Source: an uncultured Anaeromusa sp. (GTDB lineage: Bacteria > Bacillota > Negativicutes > Anaeromusales > Anaeromusaceae). From it: a stretch of 32,000 bases of DNA. Where the stretch lies: positions 1,495,520 through 1,527,519 of the forward strand of contig OY781460.1 of NCBI GenBank assembly GCA_963676855.1. The letters run 5' to 3'. The position numbers were made by a program, and so were the translations under genes. The notes beneath the pieces are model-generated. The model was not told where the DNA came from. It saw nothing but the letters and a program-made list of their open reading frames with translations, and searched no databases. Below are positions 1 through 8,155 of the stretch, piece after piece; position 1 is the first letter of the stretch, and each line of letters starts with the position of its first letter.

Positions 1-2756
1 TTTCAGGCCGGGCCGACGTGGCCTTGCAGCTTACTGGCAACTGGCGGCAGCCGCAGGGAGCATTGGAGCTGAAGGCTAGTTCCGGCGAACTGGCGGGAAT
101 GCCCTATGATTCGTTGTTCGCACAAGCTGATATTAGCGGTGATCGCCTGGAATTGAGGCAAGGCGCCTTGGTGCGGGGCAAAGCTGAGCACTTGCTGCGA
201 GGAAATTTGGAGTGGAGGGGCGAACGCAAGTTGGCCCTGGAAGTTATAAGCAAAGAAGCGCGTCTGGAGGAATTGCTGCCGGTAACAGGCATTGCGGCCT
301 TAGTAACGGGAAGATTGGAAAATACCATGCAGATCAGCGGCACCATGACGGCGCCTGTTGTGCATGGACAGTTTCTTTTACGTGATGGGTCTTTTCGTAC
401 GGAACCAGATGCAGTGCCCTATTTCTTTTCGCGTTTAAGCGGTAAATATGCTTTGCACGAAGATGGACGCATTGACTTAGATGAGCTACTGCTGAATATT
501 TTACGGGCTCGCCTTAGAGCAAAAGGTTCTATGGATGCGCAGGGGAACTTAGCGTTTCGGATAGAAGCTAACGACCTTGAGTTAGCGCAAATTCAGGTAC
601 ATTATCCCTACCAGGTGAAGGGATTGGTCAATTTTAACGGTACCGTTGGCGGCACAAGAAATCGGCCTACTTTTTCCGGCGACCTGTCTGTTCCTGAATT
701 AACCTTAAACGGGCAGAAGGTTCATAATGTAAAAAGTCATGTGGAGAGTATTGCTTCTTATGTAAACATACCGCAATTTTCCGCACAACTAGGCAAGGGA
801 ACTATTTCTTTTCATGGAGATGCTAATTTAGAAAATGGCGTGGTTGACGGTTTTCTAGAAGTCAAGCATAGTCAATTGGCTCAGTTGCTGCCTGTTTTAA
901 GCATTACCGACTCCGGCGTAGACGGGCGTTTGGACGGCGTTGTGCGCATTGGCGGCGAAGTTGGCGTACCTAGCTTGGATTTGCACGGCCATTTGCAAGA
1001 AGGACTGCTTAGAGGATATCCTGTGGAAGAAGCGGATATTCATGTCAGCCAAGTAGGCAGTTTGGTCACTATCCATCGTTTTGAGGCCAAACAAGGTATA
1101 AACGGCAAGCTGGTAGCGCAAGGGACGGCGGATTTGCAGGGAGAGTATCAGCTGGAAGTCGGCGGTACCGGATTGGATGCAGGCCTTTTGACAACCTGGT
1201 TTTTCCCAAAGCTTTCCGCCAAGGGGAATTTGGATTTTGTTGCTCAGTTGTCCGGACCAGCAGATAAGCCGTTTGTGAACTTATCGATAGGAGTCTCGAA
1301 AGGGATGTTTGGTGGCGTATCCTTTGATTCAGCTACAGCGCTCCTGTTGATTGATCAGAAAAAGATCGAAGTGGAACAGGCGGCATTGGTTAGCGGGCCG
1401 TACCGAGCTCGCGTCAGAGGGACCGTTCCGGTGGCGGCGTTACGAGGCGACGGCGTTGATGGCCCGATGGATTTGCGATTGAACTTGAACGAAGCTAATT
1501 TAGGCATGTTGCCGTTAATGCTGCCGCAAGTGGCGTGGGCGGAAGGACCAGTGGCTGGAGAAGTGCGTTTGGGCGGGACTTGGTCGCAGCCATTGTGGTA
1601 TGGCGAAGTGGAAGTACCTAAAGGCATTGTAAAGGTAAAAGGCTTAAAAGATCCTTTATCCGATGTCCATCTTAAATTGAATTTTGAAGGCACGACGCTG
1701 TCTTTGACCGATTTGCGTGGCCTTCTAGGCGGTGGCACGGTTGCGGCAACAGGACAAGCGCATTTGCAAGGGCGAGATCTTGTTGATTACCAAATGCAGC
1801 TGAACTTGGATAAAGCCAAGATCGATAGCGAATATTTTAAAGGACCTTTATCTGGAAAGATGCAATTGACCCCGGACCATGGCTCACCTAAGTTGAGCGG
1901 CGCTATCACGGTGGGCAAGGGCAACAGCATCAACATTCCTTTGGTGGATAGCAATACTTCTTGGAGCTGGGATTTGGGACTAGACGTGGACTTGCAAGTA
2001 GAGCGGGGGACTCGGTTATATAATCCGTTGTTGTATGATATGGAACTGGAAGGCGCCGTTCATGCCGGTGGTACGCTACAGGAGCCGCATCTGCAGGGAG
2101 AAGTGCATGCAACAAGAGGGACGGTGAAGTACTTGCGAACTCCCTTCAAGGTGAATGTGGCCAAGGCGGAATTTGGCCGCCGGGGAACTTTTTTGCCGGT
2201 GTTGCGTTTGAGGGCTACAACGATCTACCAGCAAAATCTTGTTTATCTAGGCATTACAGGGCCGGCGGAGAATATGGAATTGCAGCTTCGTTCGGAACCG
2301 GCGATGAGTCAAGATGAAATTATCAAAATGCTGACACTGCGTGGTCGAAATACAGGAATGGCCTCTGGCTCCGGCCGCCTCAACAGTTCTCTCGGTACGG
2401 AGCAGGTCTACAATCTTTTCAGCACCGGCTTGGAGGTTAGGCTGGTCAGCGATGTAGAAGATTCACTGCGCGACTTGTTGGGATTGGATGAATTTCGTAT
2501 GGTGCGGGGCTATGCTTTAGGCAACATATGGCTGACTCGCAAAGAAACAACGGAAGAGGATGTAGAGAAAAGCTACAATGTTCGTTTAGGCAAGTATTTG
2601 ACGCCGCAGCTATATATAACGTATACGACAAATCAGGATAGCAAGCTATATACATGGGAGGCCAAATACGAGTTGAACCGCAGGGTAAGCTTTTTCGCCG
2701 CTACCAATGAAGAAAAACGCAAAATTGTTGGCATTGAGACAAAAATCCGATTTTAA
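1..2756 (+). CDS. tamB: TamB-like translocation and assembly module protein (5'-truncated by window edge)
   Basis: The frame is open from nt 3 to the window edge, so the GTG at 18 is not the real start. More than 912 aa of repetitive beta-rich sequence. The C-terminal part (YLTPQLYITYTT...KYELNRRVSFF...GIETKIRF) resembles the DUF490/TamB C-terminal domain and ends in an aromatic residue. Located next to bamA. Confidence 0.8.
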   Translation, partial: SGRADVALQLTGNWRQPQGALELKASSGELAGMPYDSLFAQADISGDRLELRQGALVRGKAEHLLRGNLEWRGERKLALEVISKEARLEELLPVTGIAALVTGRLENTMQISGTMTAPVVHGQFLLRDGSFRTEPDAVPYFFSRLSGKYALHEDGRIDLDELLLNILRARLRAKGSMDAQGNLAFRIEANDLELAQIQVHYPYQVKGLVNFNGTVGGTRNRPTFSGDLSVPELTLNGQKVHNVKSHVESIASYVNIPQFSAQLGKGTISFHGDANLENGVVDGFLEVKHSQLAQLLPVLSITDSGVDGRLDGVVRIGGEVGVPSLDLHGHLQEGLLRGYPVEEADIHVSQVGSLVTIHRFEAKQGINGKLVAQGTADLQGEYQLEVGGTGLDAGLLTTWFFPKLSAKGNLDFVAQLSGPADKPFVNLSIGVSKGMFGGVSFDSATALLLIDQKKIEVEQAALVSGPYRARVRGTVPVAALRGDGVDGPMDLRLNLNEANLGMLPLMLPQVAWAEGPVAGEVRLGGTWSQPLWYGEVEVPKGIVKVKGLKDPLSDVHLKLNFEGTTLSLTDLRGLLGGGTVAATGQAHLQGRDLVDYQMQLNLDKAKIDSEYFKGPLSGKMQLTPDHGSPKLSGAITVGKGNSINIPLVDSNTSWSWDLGLDVDLQVERGTRLYNPLLYDMELEGAVHAGGTLQEPHLQGEVHATRGTVKYLRTPFKVNVAKAEFGRRGTFLPVLRLRATTIYQQNLVYLGITGPAENMELQLRSEPAMSQDEIIKMLTLRGRNTGMASGSGRLNSSLGTEQVYNLFSTGLEVRLVSDVEDSLRDLLGLDEFRMVRGYALGNIWLTRKETTEEDVEKSYNVRLGKYLTPQLYITYTTNQDSKLYTWEAKYELNRRVSFFAATNEEKRKIVGIETKIRF

Positions 2757-2828
2757 GAAAAACGCAAAAATGATATACTATATAAAATATGACAAAATAG
2801 AGAATCACTGAGAGAGAGGAGGGGTGAC

Positions 2829-3461
2829 ATGAAAGCGTATTTAGAGGCGTTGCAGCAAGTGCGCCTTTTAGAGCCGGAAGAAGAAGGCCAGCTATGGAGA
2901 AAATGGCGGGAAGAGGATGATGACACCAGCCGCAAAGTGTTGATTGAAAGCTACCAGCCGTTGGTTTTCAAGACGGCCATGTCATTTCAAGTCTCTGCCG
3001 AATTGAAAATGGACTTGATTCAGGAAGGAACGGTAGGCTTGATTGAGGCTGCAGAGCGGTTTGACGCAAAACGCGGTGTCGCCTTTAGTCTGTTTGCCGT
3101 ACACCGTATTCGAGGCCGCATGCTCAATTACTTGGAGAAAGAAGGCCGCCAGACGGCTGCATCGATTGATTTGCCTTGGTTGGATGCGGGAGGAGCTACC
3201 TTAGCGGAGCAACTGTTAGATGCCGACCCGGAGGTAGCGATACAGGTGGAACAACGCTACTTAGTCGGGCGGGTGCAGCAGGCGTTAGAAAGGCTTCCGG
3301 CTAAGGAACAACAAGTGGTCAGTGGTATTTTTTTGCGGGATTGCGAAGCCAAAGAATTAGCAGAAGAATTAAATGTCACTCTTTCTCATATATATCGCTT
3401 GCAGAAGCAAGGAGTGCGCAGAATTCGCGGCATGCTTTCCCGCTTTATGCAGCATTGGTAA
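2829..3461 (+). CDS. RNA polymerase sigma factor, sigma-70 family (group-3-like, not ECF-like)
   Basis: AGGAGG at 2817-2822, 6 nt before the ATG. Region 2 signature DLIQEGTVGLIEAAERFDAKRGVAFSLFAVHRIRGRMLNYL. Region 4 HTH LPAKEQQVVSGIFLRDCEAKELAEELNVTLSHIYRLQKQGVRRIR. 210 aa. Confidence 0.85.
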   Translation: MKAYLEALQQVRLLEPEEEGQLWRKWREEDDDTSRKVLIESYQPLVFKTAMSFQVSAELKMDLIQEGTVGLIEAAERFDAKRGVAFSLFAVHRIRGRMLNYLEKEGRQTAASIDLPWLDAGGATLAEQLLDADPEVAIQVEQRYLVGRVQQALERLPAKEQQVVSGIFLRDCEAKELAEELNVTLSHIYRLQKQGVRRIRGMLSRFMQHW

Positions 3462-3625
3462 GGGAAAAGAAAAGCAGGAGGAAGGAAAGAAGTATATAAG
3501 CGGATTAATTTGATGCTAACTATTGTTTTTGCTTGTTTAACCTGTTTTTTTGCTTCTTTTTAAGAATTGGAAGAACTTTGCTTTTCTTGGACTGTATAGT
3601 CGTATATAAAGGCAGGTGTAAGAAG

Positions 3626-4177
3626 ATGCAATCAAAAACTCAGTTATGCCATCGTTTGGCAACCGCGCGGCAGTGGTTGCATCAAGCGGAAGAGTCTTTT
3701 GGAAAAAAACAAGAAATGCAAGGGGAGTTGAATTTGTTTTTAGCGCAGGCGGAACTGCAGCATGTGCGCGAAAGCAGAAAGCTTCCTTTTTGGCTGCAGT
3801 CGTGCTGGGGTTGGCAGGGAATGGCGATGGCGTTTGCTGTGTTATTGGTCCTATCAGCAGGTGCGGGCATTTTTTGGGCGGAACAAAATGCAGCCGTTTC
3901 TGCGGGAGCAGCAACAAAGAATCAGGTTCTTTCTACAAATACCAACTCGGAGAAGGCGCCGGCTACAGAACAACAGGTCGTATTCAACGGGGCCAAACAG
4001 CAGCAAACAGATACGGCTCCTGCTGTTCTTGCGAAGCCGAAGGCTGCAGCAATCATCCCGGAAGAGAAGCAAACGGAGGAAACGTCTAAATCGGCCAAAG
4101 CTGAAGCCGTTTCCCCGGAAGAAATGCAAAAAGCCCTGCGCGCCGCCGGTAAGGCGCTGCGCGGTGCTGGTCAATAG
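3626..4177 (+). CDS. single-pass membrane protein, possible anti-sigma factor (function speculative)
   Basis: In-frame ATG at 3626; the ORF-track start at 3533 adds an implausible F/C/L-rich extension. About 55 aa of helical N-terminus, one TM segment (GMAMAFAVLLVLSAGAGIFWA), then an A/Q/E/K-rich low-complexity tail. The stop lies 18 nt before the bamA ATG. No zinc-binding anti-sigma motif seen. Confidence 0.55.
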   Translation: MQSKTQLCHRLATARQWLHQAEESFGKKQEMQGELNLFLAQAELQHVRESRKLPFWLQSCWGWQGMAMAFAVLLVLSAGAGIFWAEQNAAVSAGAATKNQVLSTNTNSEKAPATEQQVVFNGAKQQQTDTAPAVLAKPKAAAIIPEEKQTEETSKSAKAEAVSPEEMQKALRAAGKALRGAGQ

Positions 4178-4195
4178 ACAGATAGGGGGACATAT

Positions 4196-6013
4196 ATGAA
4201 TAAGAAACAGAAATATGGCAAAATCCTTTTGGTAGCGTGTTTGTCAGGGGGACTTTGGATGGTTGATGGCGAGGTAGCCCAGGCGGCTACGGAGACGGTC
4301 GCTCCTGAGGCGGCAGCGCCTGCGGCACCGGCGGATTATACCGGCAGAACGATTAGCGCTGTGAAAATTCATGGCAATCAAGTAGTAAAAGACAATGAGT
4401 TACTGCCGTATATTCAAGTGAAGCCAGGAGATGCTTGGAAGGCGGCTTCCATTCAAAACGATCTGAAAGCATTATATGAAAGCGGTTGGTTTGCGGATGT
4501 GACGGCAACCTTTGTGGAAGCGCCAGAAGGCGTGCAGGTTGTCTATGTCTTGCGGGAAAATCCGGTGTTGAACAAGATTAATATTGTGGGCAATACCAAG
4601 ATAACGACAGACAAGTTGCGTGCGTTACTGACTGTGCCGGAAGGAAAGGTACTGAACGCGAAGCAACTACAAGATAATGCGGCAGCTATTGAAGAGCTGT
4701 ACAAAACCGAAGGATACATACTTGCTAAAGTCAGCGATCTCTCCTTGGACAAAGATGGCATATTGAAGGTCAGCATTAACGAAGGTATCGTGGAAGACAT
4801 TATTGTCAAAGGCAATGAAAAAACAAAAGGCTATGTAGTGACTCGGGAGATGAAGTTAAAGAAAAACGAGCCTTTTAACAGCAAACTGGCGAAACGAAGC
4901 TTGCAACGCATCTATAATCTGGGATTTTTCGAGGACGTTAACTTTAAACTCAACCCCGGGCGTGAACCCAATGCGGTAATTATCGAAATTGACGTAGTGG
5001 AGCAAAAAACTGGCGTCTTTACCATTGGTGCCGGTTACAGTAAAACAGACGGGACCATAGGAATCGTAGAAGTGGGCGATAATAATTTCCGTGGTACTGG
5101 CGATAAAATCAAGATTCATTGGGAAATTGGCGGTAAAGGCGCGAGCAACACGAATCGGAAAAACAGAAACTATGAGTTTAGCTACACACGGCCCTGGGTA
5201 GATGACAAGGAAACTTCCCTTAGCTTCACTATGTATGATATGACCAACGAGTACACAGATTATTACGATAACACGGATGCGAAACGTTCTACGTACGATA
5301 AGCGGCGCAAAGGGGTGGAAGTGACTTTGGGGCGGCCGGAAGGGGAATTTGTTCGTAATTATGTTACTCTGAAACATCGTACTGATACCTATATGGGCTA
5401 TGAAGAAGGTCCAATTAATTATGAAGCGACTAGCGGCTCTACCTATGATCCAGAGTTTAATGCTGCATATTTAGCGCGCAACTATGGTACAACAAACAGC
5501 GTAACGCTTCAACGTGTCTTTGACAATCGTGACAATATTTTCAATGCGACAGAAGGCCGGCGCTTCTCAGTGGCAAGCGAATTTGCCGGTTTAGGCGGTG
5601 ATTTCTCGTTTAAAAAGTACAGCTCAGAGCTGCGGACGTATCGTAAAGTAGGACGCGATCATGTGCTGGCTTTTCGCGGTATGGCTGGCTGGGCCAATGG
5701 CGATCTGCCTGACAGCCAACGCTTTTCTTTAGGCGGTTCAGACACATTGCGAGGTTATTTGGATGACCAGTTTAAGGGAAACAAGATGTGGGCGACAACT
5801 CTGGAATATCGTTTCCCCGTAGCTAAGAAAGTATATGGCGTAGTTTTCGGCGATGCTGGTCGGGCCTGGTCGGGCATCGGCGGCGATAACTCATGGAAAA
5901 AGAGCTTTGGTGTTGGTGTGCGCATGAATACGCCGCTGGGTGCTATTCGCTTGGATTATGGTAAAGGTAATGAAAGCGGTAGATTCCACTTCAGCTTTGG
6001 CGGACAGTTCTAA
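4196..6013 (+). CDS. bamA: outer membrane protein assembly factor BamA (Omp85 family)
   Basis: Signal peptide ending AQA. POTRA-like repeats (ISAVKIHGNQVV.., LNKINIVGNTKITTDKL.., VEDIIVKGNEKTKGYVV..). C-terminal Omp85 barrel with LGGSDTLRGY and the terminal FSFGGQF beta-signal. Confidence 0.92.
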   Translation: MNKKQKYGKILLVACLSGGLWMVDGEVAQAATETVAPEAAAPAAPADYTGRTISAVKIHGNQVVKDNELLPYIQVKPGDAWKAASIQNDLKALYESGWFADVTATFVEAPEGVQVVYVLRENPVLNKINIVGNTKITTDKLRALLTVPEGKVLNAKQLQDNAAAIEELYKTEGYILAKVSDLSLDKDGILKVSINEGIVEDIIVKGNEKTKGYVVTREMKLKKNEPFNSKLAKRSLQRIYNLGFFEDVNFKLNPGREPNAVIIEIDVVEQKTGVFTIGAGYSKTDGTIGIVEVGDNNFRGTGDKIKIHWEIGGKGASNTNRKNRNYEFSYTRPWVDDKETSLSFTMYDMTNEYTDYYDNTDAKRSTYDKRRKGVEVTLGRPEGEFVRNYVTLKHRTDTYMGYEEGPINYEATSGSTYDPEFNAAYLARNYGTTNSVTLQRVFDNRDNIFNATEGRRFSVASEFAGLGGDFSFKKYSSELRTYRKVGRDHVLAFRGMAGWANGDLPDSQRFSLGGSDTLRGYLDDQFKGNKMWATTLEYRFPVAKKVYGVVFGDAGRAWSGIGGDNSWKKSFGVGVRMNTPLGAIRLDYGKGNESGRFHFSFGGQF

Positions 6014-7302
6014 TGAAGCGGCGGTTGCTGAAATTGTATTTGGGAGTGCTGGCACTGCTGTGGATAGGAATTCTTCCTGCATGGGCTGCTGAACCGGTCA
6101 TTTCCCAAACAATTGTTGTTGTCAGTGACGACAAGGGGCAGCCGCTGCCGTCTAGATTGGCTCTGCGCATTCAAGCCAGCGTTCACGCAGTAGCGGAACA
6201 AGTCCTGCAAGGACGGCCTGTGGCTGTGGTCGAGCCCAAACGAGCTGCTTACGAACGTATGGTTTGCGAAGTGTTTGACCGAATTTTGATTGGCTATTCC
6301 GTAGAAACAGCAAGCATTTCGCTGGGAGAAGAAACCACAATTTCTTTGCGTTTGACTCCGTGGGGCGATGTAGTGGAAACAACGGATTTGCTTTGGGATA
6401 ATAGTGGTTTTCCGCCACAAGGGCGTGAGGCGTTAAGGCCCAAGGTCGAAACGTTGAAAAAAGTAGTAGATGAAGTGCTCTTGGGAATGCCTATTGATGC
6501 AGCTGATTGGGGCGCAGGTTTGGTGCGTACCGTAGTGCGGGAGTGGTTCGAAGATCAATTGCCGGAGTTTCGGCCGGACGTAGAAGTGGCGGTTAGCAAA
6601 AAGACGCAGGTCAAGCTGACTATGACGCCGCAAGCGCCGCTGGTGCAAGCTTTGAAGGTCACTCTGCGTTCGCGCAGTTTGCCTAATGTATTGCTCTATA
6701 GCGTGCAAAAAGACTTGGAGCAGGAAAGCCAAGGGTGGCTTCAGTTGCCTGTCTCTTTTGTGGCTCGTCATGAGAAAGCGCTGGCGGAACAACTGCTGGC
6801 GAAGGCTGCTACCCATTCGTGGGTGAAGCAGATGGGATTGCAAATGCACTTAATAGAAGTGCGGGCAGGGCCGACAACCGAAGTGGTGCTGGACGCGGAA
6901 AGTCGTTATTATCGCATGTTTGCCGAAGGCTACTTGGATATGGGCAAGAAAAACGAGGCGACGCGAGTGCGTCTTCATGCCGGCTGGAAAGCGACGCCGC
7001 AAGGCGAGCTTTTTGTGGAAGGAGACTTTTTCCCCAATGACGTAAAGAATCGTTGGTATTCCGGATTGGGATGGCAAGTGTCTTCGCAGACGGAAGCGGG
7101 AGTAAAGTATAAGTTTCAGGATGGTGAGAAGATTATTTGGATGCGCCAGCAATTGGGCGGTCCGTGGAGCTTGCGCCTGGAGAGGTATGAAGATAAGCAT
7201 GACAGCGAGTTGGGAGTGCGCTATCGATTGCATGAATTTCTTAGCGCCGAATACGTACTTACGAATGAAGAACGCTGGCTGCGACTAATTGCGACTTTCT
7301 GA
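6013..7302 (+). CDS. exported hypothetical protein, translationally coupled to bamA; C-terminal third looks like amphipathic beta strands
   Basis: The ATG at 6013 shares one nt with the bamA TAA (TAATG). Signal peptide MKRRLLKLYLGVLALLWIGILPAWA/AEP. The C-terminus (GVRYRLHEFLSAEYVLTNEERWLRLIATF) has alternating hydrophobic residues and a terminal Phe, like an OMP beta-signal. No family recognised. Confidence 0.75.
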   Translation: MKRRLLKLYLGVLALLWIGILPAWAAEPVISQTIVVVSDDKGQPLPSRLALRIQASVHAVAEQVLQGRPVAVVEPKRAAYERMVCEVFDRILIGYSVETASISLGEETTISLRLTPWGDVVETTDLLWDNSGFPPQGREALRPKVETLKKVVDEVLLGMPIDAADWGAGLVRTVVREWFEDQLPEFRPDVEVAVSKKTQVKLTMTPQAPLVQALKVTLRSRSLPNVLLYSVQKDLEQESQGWLQLPVSFVARHEKALAEQLLAKAATHSWVKQMGLQMHLIEVRAGPTTEVVLDAESRYYRMFAEGYLDMGKKNEATRVRLHAGWKATPQGELFVEGDFFPNDVKNRWYSGLGWQVSSQTEAGVKYKFQDGEKIIWMRQQLGGPWSLRLERYEDKHDSELGVRYRLHEFLSAEYVLTNEERWLRLIATF

Positions 7303-7328
7303 TCAGAAGTCGTTGCTTTACTAACGAC

Positions 7329-7441
7329 TCCCGCAAACTGGCTCTTTTTCCGTTAGATTTTCTCAGAAAGCCTCGGCAGAGCGCCGCTATGCCTGCGTTT
7401 TCTTCCGTATCTAACGAAAAAATTTCTTTCTTTGCGGGAGT
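7329..7441. repeat. nested inverted repeats able to form a ~113-nt imperfect rod-like hairpin
   Basis: Outer arms CTCCCGCAAA (7329-7338) and TTTGCGGGAG (7432-7441) are perfect 10 bp. Inner arms CGTTAGAT (7352-7359) and ATCTAACG (7410-7417) are perfect 8 bp, extendable by five T:A pairs. Begins 27 nt after the stop of the 429-aa ORF. Confidence 0.6.
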
Positions 7442-7490
7442 GTTCGTTAAAGCAGCGGCTCCTTGAAATTTGGGGTTGCTCCAGTAGTAT

Positions 7491-7540
7491 CTCATTCGTA
7501 CTCTCCTTTTATTCAAATCCCGTTCTTTCATCTTCTTTTC
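7491..7540 (+). repeat. family-1 repeat, right-half-like copy (CTCATTCGTACTCTCCTTTTATTC...)
   Basis: Matches 20 of 25 positions of CTCATACGTACCCTCCCTTTACTCC at 15523-15547. Related blocks occur at 21873, 28118 and 29547. Confidence 0.5.
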
Positions 7541-7569
7541 TTGAAAGGCGGCAGAGGCCCTGGTATAAT
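7541..7569 (+). promoter_or_regulatory. sigma-70-type promoter for the skp-lpxD operon (TTGAAA - 17 nt - TGgTATAAT)
   Basis: -35 TTGAAA at 7541-7546, a 17-nt spacer, and an extended -10 TGgTATAAT at 7561-7569. T-rich upstream region. Sits about 40 nt upstream of the skp ATG at 7608. Confidence 0.6.
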
Positions 7570-7607
7570 AAAAAGTGAGTTCCAATTAAGAGAGGAGAAA
7601 CTTAAAA

Positions 7608-8078
7608 ATGATGAAATTAGAAAAACGTCAAATTCGTATGATTTCCCTGGCTATTGTAGCCTTCTTTGTACTCAGTGTGGTGGGTATTGCGGTGTCGCAG
7701 ACCGGCAGCGTAAGCCATGCAGCAGCAGCAGCTGGCTCCGGCAGCGTAGGAGTTGTCAATTATGATATGCTGGTATCGCAGCATCCGGACTATACGGTAG
7801 CGCAAAAATCCTTTGAAGACGAAGTAGCACTGGCTAAAAAGGATTTTGACGCTAAAGCGGCTACCATGAACGACAAAGAAAAACAAGATTACTACATGCA
7901 GATCCAAGAGCGCCTGCAGTTGAAAAAAGCTTCTCTCCTGGGAAGCGTTAACGACAAAGTGACTGCAGCGGTTAAGGCTGTGGCCGATGCCAAAGGGCTG
8001 GCTATTGTTATTGACAAAGGAAATGTTGTTTACGGCGGCCAGGACATTACCGATGAGGTTATCAAAAAATTCAAATAA
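7608..8078 (+). CDS. skp: OmpH/Skp-family periplasmic chaperone
   Basis: 156 aa with an N-terminal signal/anchor. Central K/E/Q-rich helical region. C-terminal OmpH-like end (AKGLAIVIDKGNVVYGGQDITDEVIKKF). Confidence 0.85.
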   Translation: MMKLEKRQIRMISLAIVAFFVLSVVGIAVSQTGSVSHAAAAAGSGSVGVVNYDMLVSQHPDYTVAQKSFEDEVALAKKDFDAKAATMNDKEKQDYYMQIQERLQLKKASLLGSVNDKVTAAVKAVADAKGLAIVIDKGNVVYGGQDITDEVIKKFK

Positions 8079-8155
8079 GACCTGTAGGCCGAGCCGATCT
8101 TTTGTTCGACTCGGTCCTTCCTTACTATGAAAAGTCCAATTGGAGGAACTGAATC

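Noticed and set aside
2829-3461. The idea that the sigma factor is an ECF (sigma E-like) factor
   Set aside because: The region 2 sequence and overall length look like a group-3 sigma. I see no ECF-type compact region 2/4 architecture. The envelope-stress analogy is therefore kept only as a functional hypothesis.
3533-3625. Long N-terminal extensions suggested by the ORF track (also 9499, 11297, 12138, 14595, 19760, 21934, 30293)
   Set aside because: In each case an internal ATG or GTG has a proper AGGAGG-type RBS and yields the family-typical N-terminus. The upstream extension overlaps the previous gene or is F/C/L-rich nonsense.
4856-5377. 173-aa minus-strand ORF
   Set aside because: It is antisense to bamA, with no RBS and no recognisable domain.
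7259-7585. 108-aa minus-strand ORF in the spacer upstream of skp
   Set aside because: It overlaps the 3' end of the 429-aa gene, the inverted-repeat structure and the skp promoter. It has no RBS, and its K/R-rich composition comes from the complement of T-rich DNA.
8087-8117. Imperfect hairpin (GGCCGAGCCGA ... TCGACTCGGTCC) after the first skp gene
   Set aside because: The stem is bulged and followed by TTCCTTAC rather than a U-run. At best it is an attenuator, with too little support to annotate.
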